Positions 11,678 to 23,730 of a stretch of DNA of 64,000 nt are shown one piece after another. The position numbers and the translations under genes are program-made. This stretch comes from Utricularia gibba. Its lineage: Eukaryota; Plantae; Magnoliophyta. The DNA lies in contig NEEC01000016.1 in the NCBI GenBank assembly GCA_002189035.1, positions 372,001 through 436,000 of the forward strand, in the 5' to 3' direction. Positions within the stretch are counted from its first letter, which is position 1; every line of letters starts with the position of its first letter. The notes under the pieces were generated by a model that saw only the letters and a list, made by a program, of their open reading frames with translations, searched no databases and was not told the origin of the DNA.

Positions 11678-13349
11678 CTACCGGAAAGCAGAGTTTGATG
11701 GTCCTGGTGCAGGATCATCTCCGGGTAGCCATGGCTCTTGTGCGGCGTTTCCGTTTCTGTCATGGTGACTGAGGAACACAACAATAACACTGATATCATC
11801 ATGAACAAGTCTCCTGTAACCAGCATCAAGGCTCTTTATTTCATCGTACGAAGCGTTCCTAGCTTCTGCTGCCTTCTCCATGGCCACTTTCACCAGCCTT
11901 CTCGCTATCGCCTGTACATAAATCAATCTTGAATCATGCCCTTTTCAAGAAAACACATACTGAATGACAATTGCACAGAATCAAAGAAGCAGTGATGTTC
12001 AGTGCCTGTTTATTTTTGTTTTAAGACCGAACAAGTAGGATGCTTATGAGAGATGAATGTAATGCAGTGTACATACAAACCTTTCTCGGGTTATTATGAA
12101 CTAGCTCCACAGCCTCTTGGTTGCTCAAGTGTTCCCAAAGCCCATCTGATGCAAAAATGAGGAACTCATCATTTGCTTGCAGTTTCCTGGACGTGATGGC
12201 TGGATCTGAGCTTAATACAGGCTCACGGGGAGGTTCTGGGAGATGAAATCTTGGAAAAGATGAATCCAGAGCAAACATGGGATTCTTCAGATATGCATCG
12301 CCTATGGATCTTGATACCTGGACGACAACATTAGACTGGTTTAGTATGTAACAGAAGAAAAAACTGAGAAGATGATGTTTATGGAACCTGTATCTGGCCC
12401 TTGACACGCCACACGCCTCGGTTCAGCACTACAATGTGGGGATCATTGGGGTGCATTGCCTTGAGCTCCTCCCTAACATCCTCCATACAGGCATTATGAT
12501 CTTCAGTCAGCTGCTCGGCAACAATGTCATCCCCATTGCCCATGTAACCTAATACAGCTCTTGAGTCTCCCAGATTTGCAATGTGCAGCGCATCACCCAG
12601 TATAACTCCAACTAGACAGCATGACCCAACGGCTGCAATAGCTGGCCTGGTGGAGTAGCCATTCTTGACAAGTTCAAGGAAACCATTCTCCGTTTCTGCA
12701 AATGCTTTTCTTAGAGCATCTTCAGACAGCTCTCCAGTATCTTGTGTTAGTTCTAGAAAAGATAAAAACCATCATTCTATAAATTCCTCTAACTTGACAA
12801 ACTATCTTGTATATGATCCTATAATACAGCCCAAACAAAATTGAAACATGATCAAAGATTGTGAACATCATGTGTTCCAGAATCCCCTCCATTCATGCTT
12901 CCTTTGGATCAGCAAAGCAGGTATCTCATAGATAAACAAATACATCACAAGAAGCTACCAGATACAGTGGATAGTCATTAGCTTTAGAGGCACAAGTGAC
13001 CGCAGCCTAGTTCTATGAAGTGGTTAAATGGGCATAGATATGAAGTCTCACCGGGAAGATGTTTAAAGAGGTGATCTTTTATGTAAATGGAGGCATCAGG
13101 ACCACCATGGCCATCATAAACTCCGACAAAGGTGGCATTTTCACCGATTTCGATGTGGCTCTGATCCTCCATGACAGCATTTGCCTGAACTGCAGCCCAT
13201 GATAACTCACCAAGGGAATGCTTCTCCAGGTCCCCTGAAAGAAGAAGGGGATCATCATCATCTAAGCCTTTGTTGGCCTCTGCATCATCCCTTTTCAATT
13301 GCGCATTTCGAATGAAGAAAGATAATGTTCTTCCCAGCCAAGAAGACAT
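11678..13349 (-). CDS. Protein phosphatase 2C, clade D (PP2C.D, At5g06750-like), 4 coding exons
   Basis: AAVQANAVMEDQSH, FVGVYDGHGGPDAS, VGSCCLVGVI..IANLGDSRAVLG, EQLTEDHNA, VWRVKGQIQ|VSRSIGDAYLK, FLIFASDGLWEHLSNQEAV and HDDISVIVVF. Confidence 0.92.
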
Positions 13350-14791
13350 CCCTCATCTCCTTCTTGTCAATGGAGCAAAAAAATCTGTAGCTGCTTAGGA
13401 AACGAATTTTGTTAGTCAAAATCATACAGAAAACAGAGTAAAAAAAAAAAACTCATACAGCAACAACCAAGAAATCATATATTCAAATGAAAGTTGAACA
13501 GAATCCTGCCAAAAATTCAACGTAGCTAAACCTGAGTGACCACAAATTTACAGAAAAAGACGATTTCCAGACGTGGAGGGTATTAACAAATTCAAACACT
13601 GCGGCTTTCAATATACAACTCGATAACTACAGAGTTGACAAACATTGCCAGGGACAAAGAAAAAATGACCGCAGATAAGAATACTTGAAGAAACAACAAT
13701 TGTCAACAACAAATATTCGATGAATAGTACCACTCAGCGAAAACAACAGAAGTCACACGGGACAAAAAAGGTCAGAATCGGAGAGGGAAAATAAGCCAGA
13801 ATCGAATCTCAATAATCTGGGCTACGAATTTCAAGAGAACAGCTGCACTCCATCAACCCCGGATCAAGATTACAATACCCAAGAGAAGCTTAAAACCATA
13901 GAGATTCAATAAAGGCCTCAACTTTCAAATCAAACCCTTCACAACATTTCTTCATACCTATACGCTCAAATCACGAAAACCCAAACCCCCAAGGCTATAA
14001 ATCTCCAGACACGAAAGATGGTAATAGCAAGCAACGGTCCAACAGAAACAAGCCTACAGAAGAAACAACAAAAACCCAGAATAACGCAAAGGGCGGATCA
14101 TGCAGTGATCCAGGGAGAAACGGAGAGATGGGCCACAACCTCCCTAGACATGCATTACAGGTACAAAGGTAGCAACAGAATCTAAGACGATCGGCATACA
14201 GAACGTCAGAAACCGAGCCCAGCGCTCGAAAGAATTCCGACTGTTTGGGAAATACATTAAAATATAGAACTGGAGATCAAAACCATTTTTTATTCGTCTG
14301 CTATGAGGCGATGGGGGACAAGAAAACCCTACAAGCAGCCAAACTGGGATACAGCAGGAAGCCGCAGCAGCACCGCGACAGCCGACAACAGACAGGAAGC
14401 CCGATGAGTGGGTCTAGGTCGTAGGATTCTTCAACATTTTATTATTAATTTATGACCGAATTCCCCATAAATGCGAAAAATAAAATTAGGGACAAATTCA
14501 AATTGAAGTATTAAATCATTTTCTATTTTTGGAAATATTTTTTTATAGAATTTATATTCATTTAATTCTTCCATTTAAAAAAAATAAACTGTAATTAATT
14601 AGATCTTAATTATGAAATTAAGATATATAATAGGGATAATATCGCAAATTCAAATATCCATCCAACCGGCTTGAGTATTGGCCCATTTGACGTTACCAGG
14701 CCCAATGGGCCGATGTTCAGCATGTGGCCGTTGCGGACTGCGGTTGACGTCTCTGCTCCGAGACTTGCCGGAAGGGGGGAGCAAGAAGGGG

Positions 14792-17182
14792 ATGGAGGTT
14801 AACGAAGCTGAAGTTTCGCATGGCGATACACTAACGAGGGTAATGAACATAGTTAGCACCAGGCTTCCTCAGAGAGAGGTCGTTTCCCTATTGCTCGTCA
14901 GCGCCTCCATTCTGCGGGATCTCTCTTCTCACCCTTCTCTATGGATGGTAGTTAACTTTATTTGCCATTTCCGCGATTCCTCACTTTCGTGGTTGTGGGT
15001 ATTTACTCCTTTTTCCCCTTTATCTGCACTCTCTATTAGGTGCTTGATCTTCGCGAGAGGAATTGTGCTGGGGATCGCCTTCTTGCAGCCCTTTCACTGG
15101 TCTGTAAGCCTCGTCAATATATTTTTCTATGATGCATTGTAGTTTTCCCCAATATTGGTTTTTGCAGCCCAGGTACAGCAATGTCAAGCACATTAACCTT
15201 GAATTTGCTCGTGATATCGAAGATAAGCATCTTGAAATCGTTAAAGACAAGGTGGTGTTTATGTTTGAGAATAAATTTTAAGTGTGCTATGGATTTGATT
15301 ACGGGAGATTTATGGTAGAGTCTGTATATACTATCGTGGGTTTCGATTAAGCAATCCATCATTTGAAATGGCCACCTTAGTTCCAAGATTTATAACTAAC
15401 TCGTTTCTGCAGTTTGGGCTTTCGATTAAGAATCTTGAAATTCTTAATTTGAATGGCTGCCAAAAGATATCTGACGTTGGAGTTCGATATCTGACACACA
15501 ACACTCCAAAGTTAAAATCTTTCTCCTTATACTGGAACGTAAGGTACCCTTATGCTTCTTGTGCATTTTAATATATTCTTCACCATTGTTACTCAAGGAT
15601 TCAATATTTGAGATCGACAACAACTCTTTCCCGTTTGATTTGTCATTTGCTACACAGGTTGTCAGATTCTGGAGTCAAGGATTTAATCTCAAATTGCAAG
15701 TTCATTAATGATTTAAATCTTAGTGGTTGTAAGGTGTGCTGAGAGACCTCTATCCATTGCTGTAGTAGTTTCTAGATATATTTTTCCTTAGCTATGTTGT
15801 TAGTTGAGCTAACCTTATGGCTTTGTCAACATGCAGAATATTACTGATGAAAGTTGTAGACTTATTTCAGAAAACTATCAACACTTGCAACACCTGAACT
15901 TAACAAGGTATGGAAGTTCATTTTTATCCTCTGTCCTTTCACCTTAACTTGGCAACGGGAATCCTGGAATAATGTGTTTGTAGACCTAAAAATAAACTTT
16001 CAGATTGGTTCTTCCTTAAAACTTCCTTATTTTAGTATTTATATTGGTTTCTGATATATCCCTGTGAGTAAATTATTGTTGAGGAGGTGATGAATTTCTT
16101 TTAAATAATATCTTACAAATCCGAACTATTTAATTGATTGGGATAGATGCATCAAGTTGACTGATAAAGGTTTGCAAGCGATATTGATGAAGTGCTTGTC
16201 ACTTAAAAGCTTGAATCTTTACGCCCTGTCCAGGTATGTGATCGTGGAATAAATCATCAATATAATAACCGTGGATCATGGTTTATTCTTATAAAGTCAC
16301 ATTGTGTATGTGTAGTTTCACAGATGTAACTTACAGAAAGATATCACTATTGGTTAATCTTCAGTCGCTGGATCTCTGTGGTGCTCAGGTATGACCCCTT
16401 CTTTTTTTTATAAAAGTTACTTGTTTCATATTCTTTATGTATTCCTTTTCCATGGTTGTCAGAATCTTTCTGATGAGGGGCTGACTTCCATAGCCAAGTG
16501 CAAAAACTTGGTCTCAATTAATTTGACATGGTATGTCATTAGTAAATACAGTATCCTTCTTATTCATCCAAGAAAGGAAGGAAACAAATAGCATCTGCTT
16601 AACAACGAGAGCTACTGTGTGTCCCAGGTGCGTGAAATTGACAGACAAGGGAGTCATTGCTATCGCTGAAAGCTGTCAATCTATCGAGTTTCTGAGGTAA
16701 TCCATTGCATGGCATACCCCATAATTTTTTCCAAATATTTTCTTAGTATCATGCTGTGTTTTTGGGCATGAAGCACAAAGTATGGCACTGATTTAACACA
16801 GTGTTTTGATGTGATATGCCCAAGGTCACGCCAAAGCAATATGCCAGTCAGATTTTTGTTCTTGTCCTTCCTCAAAAAATTGAGCACCGGCTGCCATCTT
16901 TGTTTTGTGTTGCAGCTTGTTTGGTATAATTGGAGTTACCGACAAATGCTTGGAGGCGCTCTCCAGATCTTGCTCTAATACAATCACAACTCTTGATGTG
17001 AATGGCTGCACGGGCATAAAGGTCAGCACCTAGTTCTTCTTGTTAAGGTTAAGCAATGCACTCTCGGCTCCTACTTCTGAAATAGCTGATTTTATGTCTA
17101 CCCCACTAATCCACAGAGACGAAGCCATGCCCAATTGCTTGAGCTATTCCCCAAGTTGAAGTGTTTCAAGGTCCACAGCTAA
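14792..17182 (+). CDS. F-box/LRR (RNI-like) protein, At3g58530-like, multi-exon, intact
   Basis: VMNIVSTRLPQREVVSLLLVS, AGDRLLAALSL|PRYSNVKHINLEFA, LNLNGCQKISD, FSLYWNVR, LDLCGAQ, LSLFGIIGVTDKCLEALS and LDVNGCTGIK|RRSHAQLLELFPKLKCFKVHS*. Confidence 0.92.
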
Positions 17183-18849
17183 TGGCTGCAGTTAAGTTTA
17201 GGAAAGAGCACATCCTTATACAAATGCATTCCATTCCATACGACAAATGTAGTACATGCGCCGAGTCCCTACTTCATTAATATACTTGACTGCTTGTTCA
17301 CCCCCGGTTGCTGTAGTTGCCAAGTTAGTGGCTCGACACGCCCATTTTCTCGTCTGTATCACGAGGCACGTCGGCCAGCGGAGTGATTGTTATGCATGTG
17401 CTCACAGCCGCATTATTTGAACTCTACCAAACCGTGGGACATGGAGATTAATGCGAGATTGAAAATAGTGATCCCATTCCTGGAGAAGTCAGCTGCTGAA
17501 TCATACCAGAACACTTGTATCTGTAGACAGAAAGAACCCTTCTCAGGGGTTACGTTACACCCATGGAAAGAGGATCAGTTGCACCCAAAAACTCCAACCG
17601 CCGGATCCAAAATAGTTTCAGAGGCAAAGACAGCGACCCAAGTGGCCGCCCAACGAAGATGGGTGTGAACCGGCCATCCGATCCCCCTGGAGAGTTCAGT
17701 GATGTGTTACCATCAAATGGTGTTTGCTGCACATGGGGTAAGTAGATACGTTCATGGGGTTTGCTGCACATGGGGGAGCTTGAAAACTGTTAACTTTTCT
17801 TGTCTTGTCTTCCACACCAGTAGCCCAAGGTGTCGGCAGATGGGCAAGTCTGTCCCCCCTCCAATGGTGGAACCACCTGACGCTGCTGCCGCCCAACTCC
17901 GCTCACACCTTTTTTGGTTTAGGAGAGCGTCGGTGATGGACTTGTGCAGCAGCTCCAGACCCGAACCAGAAGCTTTTGCGTCTTGGGAGGGAGTATGCAC
18001 TATGCAGTTGCGGGATGGGATGGGAGGTGTCAGCACGCCAACTTTTGTTACTGTGGAATGAGGTAAGCTCCCCAAAAGAGCTTCTAGAGTGAGTAGAAAA
18101 AATGCGTGTTATTCTGCATTATAGATAGGGGCCAACTTGTGTGTTCTTCTAGATCTGATCTCTCTGCAGTTCACCATGGCGAGAGGCTGGAGACTCTCTG
18201 CACTCTTTCTTGCCTTTATCGTCTTCCTCAATGCAGTCAGCTCCGTGGAATTCTCCAGGCCAATCTCCAGAAGAGAGATCGGGCTCCCGAGAAAGCAAAA
18301 ACTCAGCCACCTCCGCTTCTTCTTCCACGACATAGTCTCCGGGCCGAGACCAACATCCTACGAAATCGCGCAAGCTCCGGTGACCAACTCGTCGCGGACA
18401 GCATTCGGGTTGGTGGCGATCATCGACGACCCACTGACACTCGAACCCCGCCTCGGCTCCAGGGTCGTGGGGAGAGCTCAGGGAGTGTACGCCTCGACGG
18501 ATATGAATCAGATGGGGCTCAATTTCGTGTTCACGGAGGGGAAGTTCAATGGGAGCACGCTGAGTGTACTGGGTCGGAACGCGGTGTTCAATGCCGTGAG
18601 GGACTTCCGGTGCTCGGCGGCAGCGGGCTTTTCCGATTCGCGCGTGGGTATGCAGAGGCCAGGACTCATCTGTTCAACTTGACCACGAAGAATGCTGTTG
18701 TTGAGTACAATGTGTATGTCTTCCATTATTGAGTGATTCCCACGTAGAGAGCTACGTCGTCTTCAACAGTGTGCTCTGTATCAGTTCACAATCACTTTCT
18801 CCGTTGCAATCCGACGTTCTCCACTATAATCCCCCTACACTTGTTCCTT
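16259..18849 (+). repeat. Tandem segmental duplication, copy 1 (F-box 3' half, intergenic DNA, dirigent gene 1)
   Basis: Colinear homology with 18977-21849 from ATATAATAACCGTG through CACTTGTTCCTT. Confidence 0.92.
18176..18732 (+). CDS. Dirigent protein 1 (DIR-b/d-like), intronless; 12-bp in-frame deletion near 18510 and 1-nt deletion at 18603
   Basis: Signal peptide [23 protein letters not shown], then [56 protein letters not shown] and (shifted) [27 protein letters not shown]. Confidence 0.88.
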
Positions 18850-19175
18850 ATCAGGTGTATTAAAAAAATATATAAATCACATTAAAAAACATTGTTTGTT
18901 ATCGTATATAAAAATATATAAAAATTATATTAAAAAAGATTAGATCAAATTAAATAATATTAATTTATAATCTTTTATATAATAACCGTGATCATGGTTT
19001 ATTATGATAAATTCACATTGTTAATGTGTAGTAACTATATCACTATTGGTTAATCTTCAGTCAGTGGATCTCTGTGGTGCTCAGGTATGACCCTTTCTTT
19101 TTTTGTAAAAATTACTTGTTTCATATTTTTTATGTATGCATTTTCCATGGTTGTCAGAGCCAAGTGAAGAAAATT

Positions 19176-19295
19176 GGGGGTGATTTTGAAAAATAAATAT
19201 TTTTGAATTGAGGGTGTGATAAATCTATTCACATTATGTATATTTTTTGTAGGTAGTATGTGTGAGAGAAATAGAGAGTTGTTAAATTTCAAAAC
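19176..19295. mobile_element. ~120-bp AT-rich insertion with short imperfect inverted ends (MITE-like)
   Basis: Absent from copy 1. Ends TTTTGAAA / TTTCAAAA are complementary, but no clear target-site duplication is visible. Confidence 0.4.
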
Positions 19296-19758
19296 TCTCA
19301 ATTAATTTGACATGCCATGTCATTAGTAAATACATTATACTTCTTATTCATCCAAGAAAAGAAGGAAACAAATAGCATTTGCTTAACAACGAAAGCTACT
19401 GTGTGTCCAAGGTGCGAGAAATTAACAGACAATGGAGTCATTGCTATTGCATGGCATACTCATAATTTTTTCCAAATATTTTCTAAGTATCATGCTGTGT
19501 TTCTGGGCACGAAGCACAAAGTATGGCACTGCTTTAACACAGTGTTTTGATGTGATTTGCCCAAGGACATGCCAATGCAATGTGCCATTCAGATTTTTCT
19601 TACTAGTCTTCCTCAAAAAATTGAGCACTGGCTGCCATTTTTGTTTGGTTTTGCAGCTTGTTTGGGATAATTGGGGTTACCGGCAAGTGCTTGGAGGCGC
19701 TCTCCAGATCTTGCTCTAATACAATCACAACTCTTGATGTGAAGGCCAGCATGCATGC

Positions 19759-20116
19759 TGTCACGGAAGCCCACATCGAAGACTAAGGGGCATCCATGTC
19801 AACTCCGGCACAAGGGTTAGGTGAGGAAAGAAATGCTGATCAAATGCTGAAAGGTACTGTACATTCAAAACGTGGGGACGTTGTACACTAGAAAACTAAG
19901 GCAACCGCATATAAGACCTCACATATAAAATATTTCCCTTTGTATTCTTACATTTCAGTTTTCAATTTTCTAGCTTTTGTGTTTTCTTTTGGAGAAAGTA
20001 TAGGTCCAAGGAAATGAAGCCATCGCCTTATCAACTCCAATAGGAGTTTGGTGACTGTTTTTGAAGTTTACCAACTATTTCTACTTCTATTCAACTCTCA
20101 AATTCTACGCCTAACA
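19759..20116. mobile_element. Solo LTR (358 bp) of an LTR retrotransposon or TRIM
   Basis: Starts TG (TGTCACGG), ends CA (CTAACA), is flanked by a perfect 5-bp duplication CATGC (19754-19758, 20117-20121), carries CCCACATCG near the 5' end and is absent from copy 1. Confidence 0.82.
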
Positions 20117-21162
20117 CATGCTTTCTGCTATGTTCCCTTGTTAACATCCCCAGCACCTAGTTCTTCTTGTTAAGGTTAAGCAATGCACTCTCGGCTCTAG
20201 TTCTGAAATAGCTGGTTTTATGTCTACCCCACTCATCCACAGAGACGAATTCATGCCCAATTGCTTGAGCTATTCCCCAAGTTGAAGTGTTTCAAGGTCC
20301 ACAGCTAATGGCTGCAGTTAAGTTTAGGAAAGAGCACATCCTTATACAAATGCATTCCATTCCATACGACAAATGTAGTACATGCGCCGAGTCCCTACTT
20401 CATTAATATACTTGACTGCTTGTTCAACCCCCGGTTGCTGTAGTTGCCAAGTTAGTGGCTCGACACGCCCATTTTCTCGTCTGTATCACGAGACACGTTG
20501 GCCAGCGCAGTGATTGTAATGCATATGCTAACAGCCCCATTATTTGGACTCTACCAAACCGTGGGACATGGGGATTAATACGAGAAAATAATTATCACAT
20601 TCCTGGAGAAGGCAGCTGCTGAATGATACCAGAACACTTGCATCAGTAGCCAGAAAGAAGCCTTCTCAAGAAATCAGACCTCCTGCAGCAGATCAGGAAC
20701 GCTACTTTATTTGGCTTCTCTGGGGCTACGTTTCATCCATGGGAAGAGGATCCGTTGCACCCCAAAACTCCAAACCACCAGATCCAAAAGAGGTTCAGAG
20801 ACAAAGACAGCGACCCAAGTGGCACCAAACGAAGATGGATGTGGACCAGCCATCCCATCGGAGAGTTGGTTGATGTGTTCCTGCAATGGTGGTACAGTCT
20901 GACGCTGCTCCGCGCCCAACTCCACTCAAACCTCTTTTGGTTTTGGAGGGCGTCGGTGATGGACTTGTGCAGCAGCTCCATACTCGAACCAGAAGCTTTT
21001 GCGTCTTGGGAGGGAGTATGCAGTTGCGGGATGGGATGGGATCAACTTTGGTAAACTCCCCAAAAGCTTCTTGGGTAAGTAGAAAGAAATGTATGTTATG
21101 TTCTGCAGTATAAATAGGGGCCAAATTGTGTTCTTCTAGATCTGATCTCTCTGCAGTTAACC

Positions 21163-21731
21163 ATGGCAAGTGGTTGGAGACTCTCTGCACTCTTTCTTAC
21201 TTTTATCGTCTTCCTCAATGCAGTCAGCTCCGAGGAATTCTCCAGGCCAATGTCCAGAAGTGAGATCGGGCTCCCGAGAAAGCAAAAACTCAGCCACCTC
21301 CGCTTCTTCTTCCACGACATAGTCTCCGGGCCGAGACCAACATCCTACGAAATCGCGCAAGCTCCGGTGACCAACTCGTCGCGGACAGGGTTCGGGTTGG
21401 TGTCAATCATCGACGACCCACTGACACTCGAACCCCGACTCGGCTCCAAGGTCGTGGGAGGGCTCAGGGGTTGTACGCCTCGGCGGATATGAATCAGGTG
21501 GGGCTTCTGATGGGGCTCAATTTCGTGTTCACGGAGGGCAAGTTTAATGGGAGCACGCTGAGTGTTCTGGGTCGGAACGCGGTGTTCAATGCCGTGAGGG
21601 AACTTCCGGTGCTCGGCGGCAGCGGGCTTTTCCGATTCGCGCGTGGGTATGCAGAGGCCAGGACTCATCTGCTCAACTTGACCACAGGGGATGCTGTTGT
21701 TGAGTACAACGTGTATGTCTTCCATTATTGA
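21163..21731 (+). CDS. Dirigent protein 2, intronless; 1-nt deletion in a G run at 21456-21458
   Basis: Paralog of 18176-18732. GTGGGAGGGCT versus GTGGGGAGAGCT in copy 1; adding one G restores [28 protein letters not shown]. Confidence 0.9.
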
Positions 21732-22797
21732 CTGATTCCCACGTACGGAGCTATGTCGTCTTCCACAGTGTGCTCTGTATCAGTTCACCGATCAATCTCT
21801 CCATTGCAATCCAACATTCTGCACTATAATTCCCATACACTTGTTCCTTTTCACTCAATCCATCATCAAACACCGAACAATTCCAGTAATTTAACCGTTG
21901 TAAGTTCCTCACAGCAGAGGACACAGACAACAACAGCGAATTCACCAAAAGTTACACCCTGCACTCGTTTCCTTTCTTTTTGAAAGAACAAGCAACAAGC
22001 TTTTGCTCCCCAGAGGCTTCCCGCACCTTCTCCTTCACAAAAAAGAAGAAAGGTGACCACGTTCCAAAGGGAAACAGAGAAGCTGAGGAATACTCCAGTA
22101 GTCCTTAAAGTGACTCCAAACAAAAGCAGATACTCACTCATTGGTGTTCAGATCCCCCTCAGAAGGGGCAAAAGGGAACCTCCCTCGTCGACATTTTCCT
22201 TTCTCCTCCTCCTCATTCAGGGCTTCTTATACTGGACCTCTGTAGAGGAACTGATGGAGGAGGAGGCCCACGGCCCGTGAGGTGAGTCCATTTACTATTC
22301 TATCCTACTTGAATTTAATGCTTTTTTTAATAAAATTTTAGTTTTAATAAATACTGTTAGTAAAAAAACTATTTTATTATAAATCAAAATTGGATTTAAA
22401 TGAAAGCAGGAGGTGATGTGATTTTTTTAAATAATAATATTAATAAATTAATTGTATAATTATTTTCAAATCCTTTTATGCAGTCTTAATTATATTTTAT
22501 ACTAAAATATTGGTCCATGTAACATACAAAATCATTTTATTTCATAAATAAAATAATTATTATGAGTCAACTTAAATTGACAGTCAAATAGTTTTTTAAT
22601 AATTAATATGATTTTACACACAAATCATTAAAATCCCATACTAAAAAGAGCATTAAAACATTAAAAAACATTTTTATAAAATTATGAATTAATCGAAAAA
22701 TGAGTTAACTTGTGTTAAAATAATATATTTTTATTTTTTAAAATTAAATATAATTAAAATTATTAAATTACATTCGCATGATTAAATCGAAAATGAG

Positions 22798-22820
22798 TTT
22801 TTTTTTTTTTTTTTTTTTTT
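22798..22820 (+). repeat. Poly(T)23 tract
   Basis: Read directly. Confidence 0.9.
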
Positions 22821-23481
22821 GAAATGTTCTCCTTTTACGGTAGGTTCCGTACAACTGGGAGTAGAATGCTACTAGGGCTTTTGGAGCTCAAAGAGAGTGT
22901 CATCCACGACGAATTACAGAAACAAACATGAAGCATGAAGGTGATTTTTTCTAACCACGTGTTAGTGCTCCTAATCTCGGGGTTTAGGGTTTGGAGGAGC
23001 TTTTAACCTCGACGGACTGTCTGAGAGAGCCCCTTCCCTGTCTCCCGCGTACCCCCATTCACCCTTCCCGGTTCCGTTTAGAGCCTTTTTACTTCGCCGC
23101 CGGCAGAGAGCAGCGCAGTCCACAAACGCGGATCGGAATAGAATTGGCATTCGAAAGGGGACTGGAATAATGGAAATGCAGATTCTGAAAACCTGAAAAG
23201 AGCTTTCTGTTGTGCTGCTGCTATCCAAGTGCGCCTCGCCTCATTCTCAAGAACCCAAGTCTCAAAGTCCACTGGTTTTTGTTCCCAAAATTGTAAAAAA
23301 AATCGTAACGATTTATAGTCAACTTTTGATTCTGAAGGCGAAACTATTGGTTACGGACGAGAAAATGAATGAACATGTGTTGTATAATGTAAAATGATGA
23401 TGATGATTAAATGTATGAAACATATAATATCGTATAAGAAAAAAGATTAATTACGTAAACTATCTCATATAACTAATATGA

Positions 23482-23730
23482 AATATCGTCATCATACCTC
23501 TTATCTTATATTATTTTCCACTCAATATCATCATCATATTCCTCATCTTATATTCTTTTTCGCTTGATCACCAATGTGAGATATCGTCATTCTTATATTT
23601 TTTCCACTTAATCAGTAATGTGGGATATCATCATCATGGTCTTCATCTTATATTTTTTTCTATTTAATCCATAATGTAGTATATCGTCATTATTACTCCG
23701 ATCTTATATTCTTTCCTACTTAATCATTCA
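23482..23730 (+). repeat. Degenerate AT-rich minisatellite, about 5 units of 41-58 bp
   Basis: Recurring ATATC(G/A)TCAT...TCTTATATT...(C)ACTTAATC...AATGT at about 23482, 23523, 23581, 23626 and 23681. Confidence 0.75.

Larger units (their letters stand above)
19031..20308 (+). pseudogene. 5'-truncated, degenerate copy of the last F-box/LRR exons
   Basis: Same exon sequences as 16300-17182 but no 5' exons, several 20-45-bp exonic deletions and two insertions. Confidence 0.88.
18977..21849 (+). repeat. Tandem segmental duplication, copy 2 (degenerate F-box fragment with insertions, dirigent gene 2)
   Basis: Aligns to 16259-18849 and is separated from it by a ~127-bp AT-rich spacer. Confidence 0.92.

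Noticed and set aside
22005-22022. miR477-like sequence CTCCCCAGAGGCTTCC
   Set aside because: One base short of the recalled mature sequence and no adequately pairing star arm nearby.
22900-23050. Telomerase RNA candidate (CCAAACCCTAAACCC template-like motif on the minus strand)
   Set aside because: No upstream USE/TATA Pol III promoter, no downstream T-run terminator on that strand and no recognisable conserved TR regions. Telo-box motifs are common in plant DNA.
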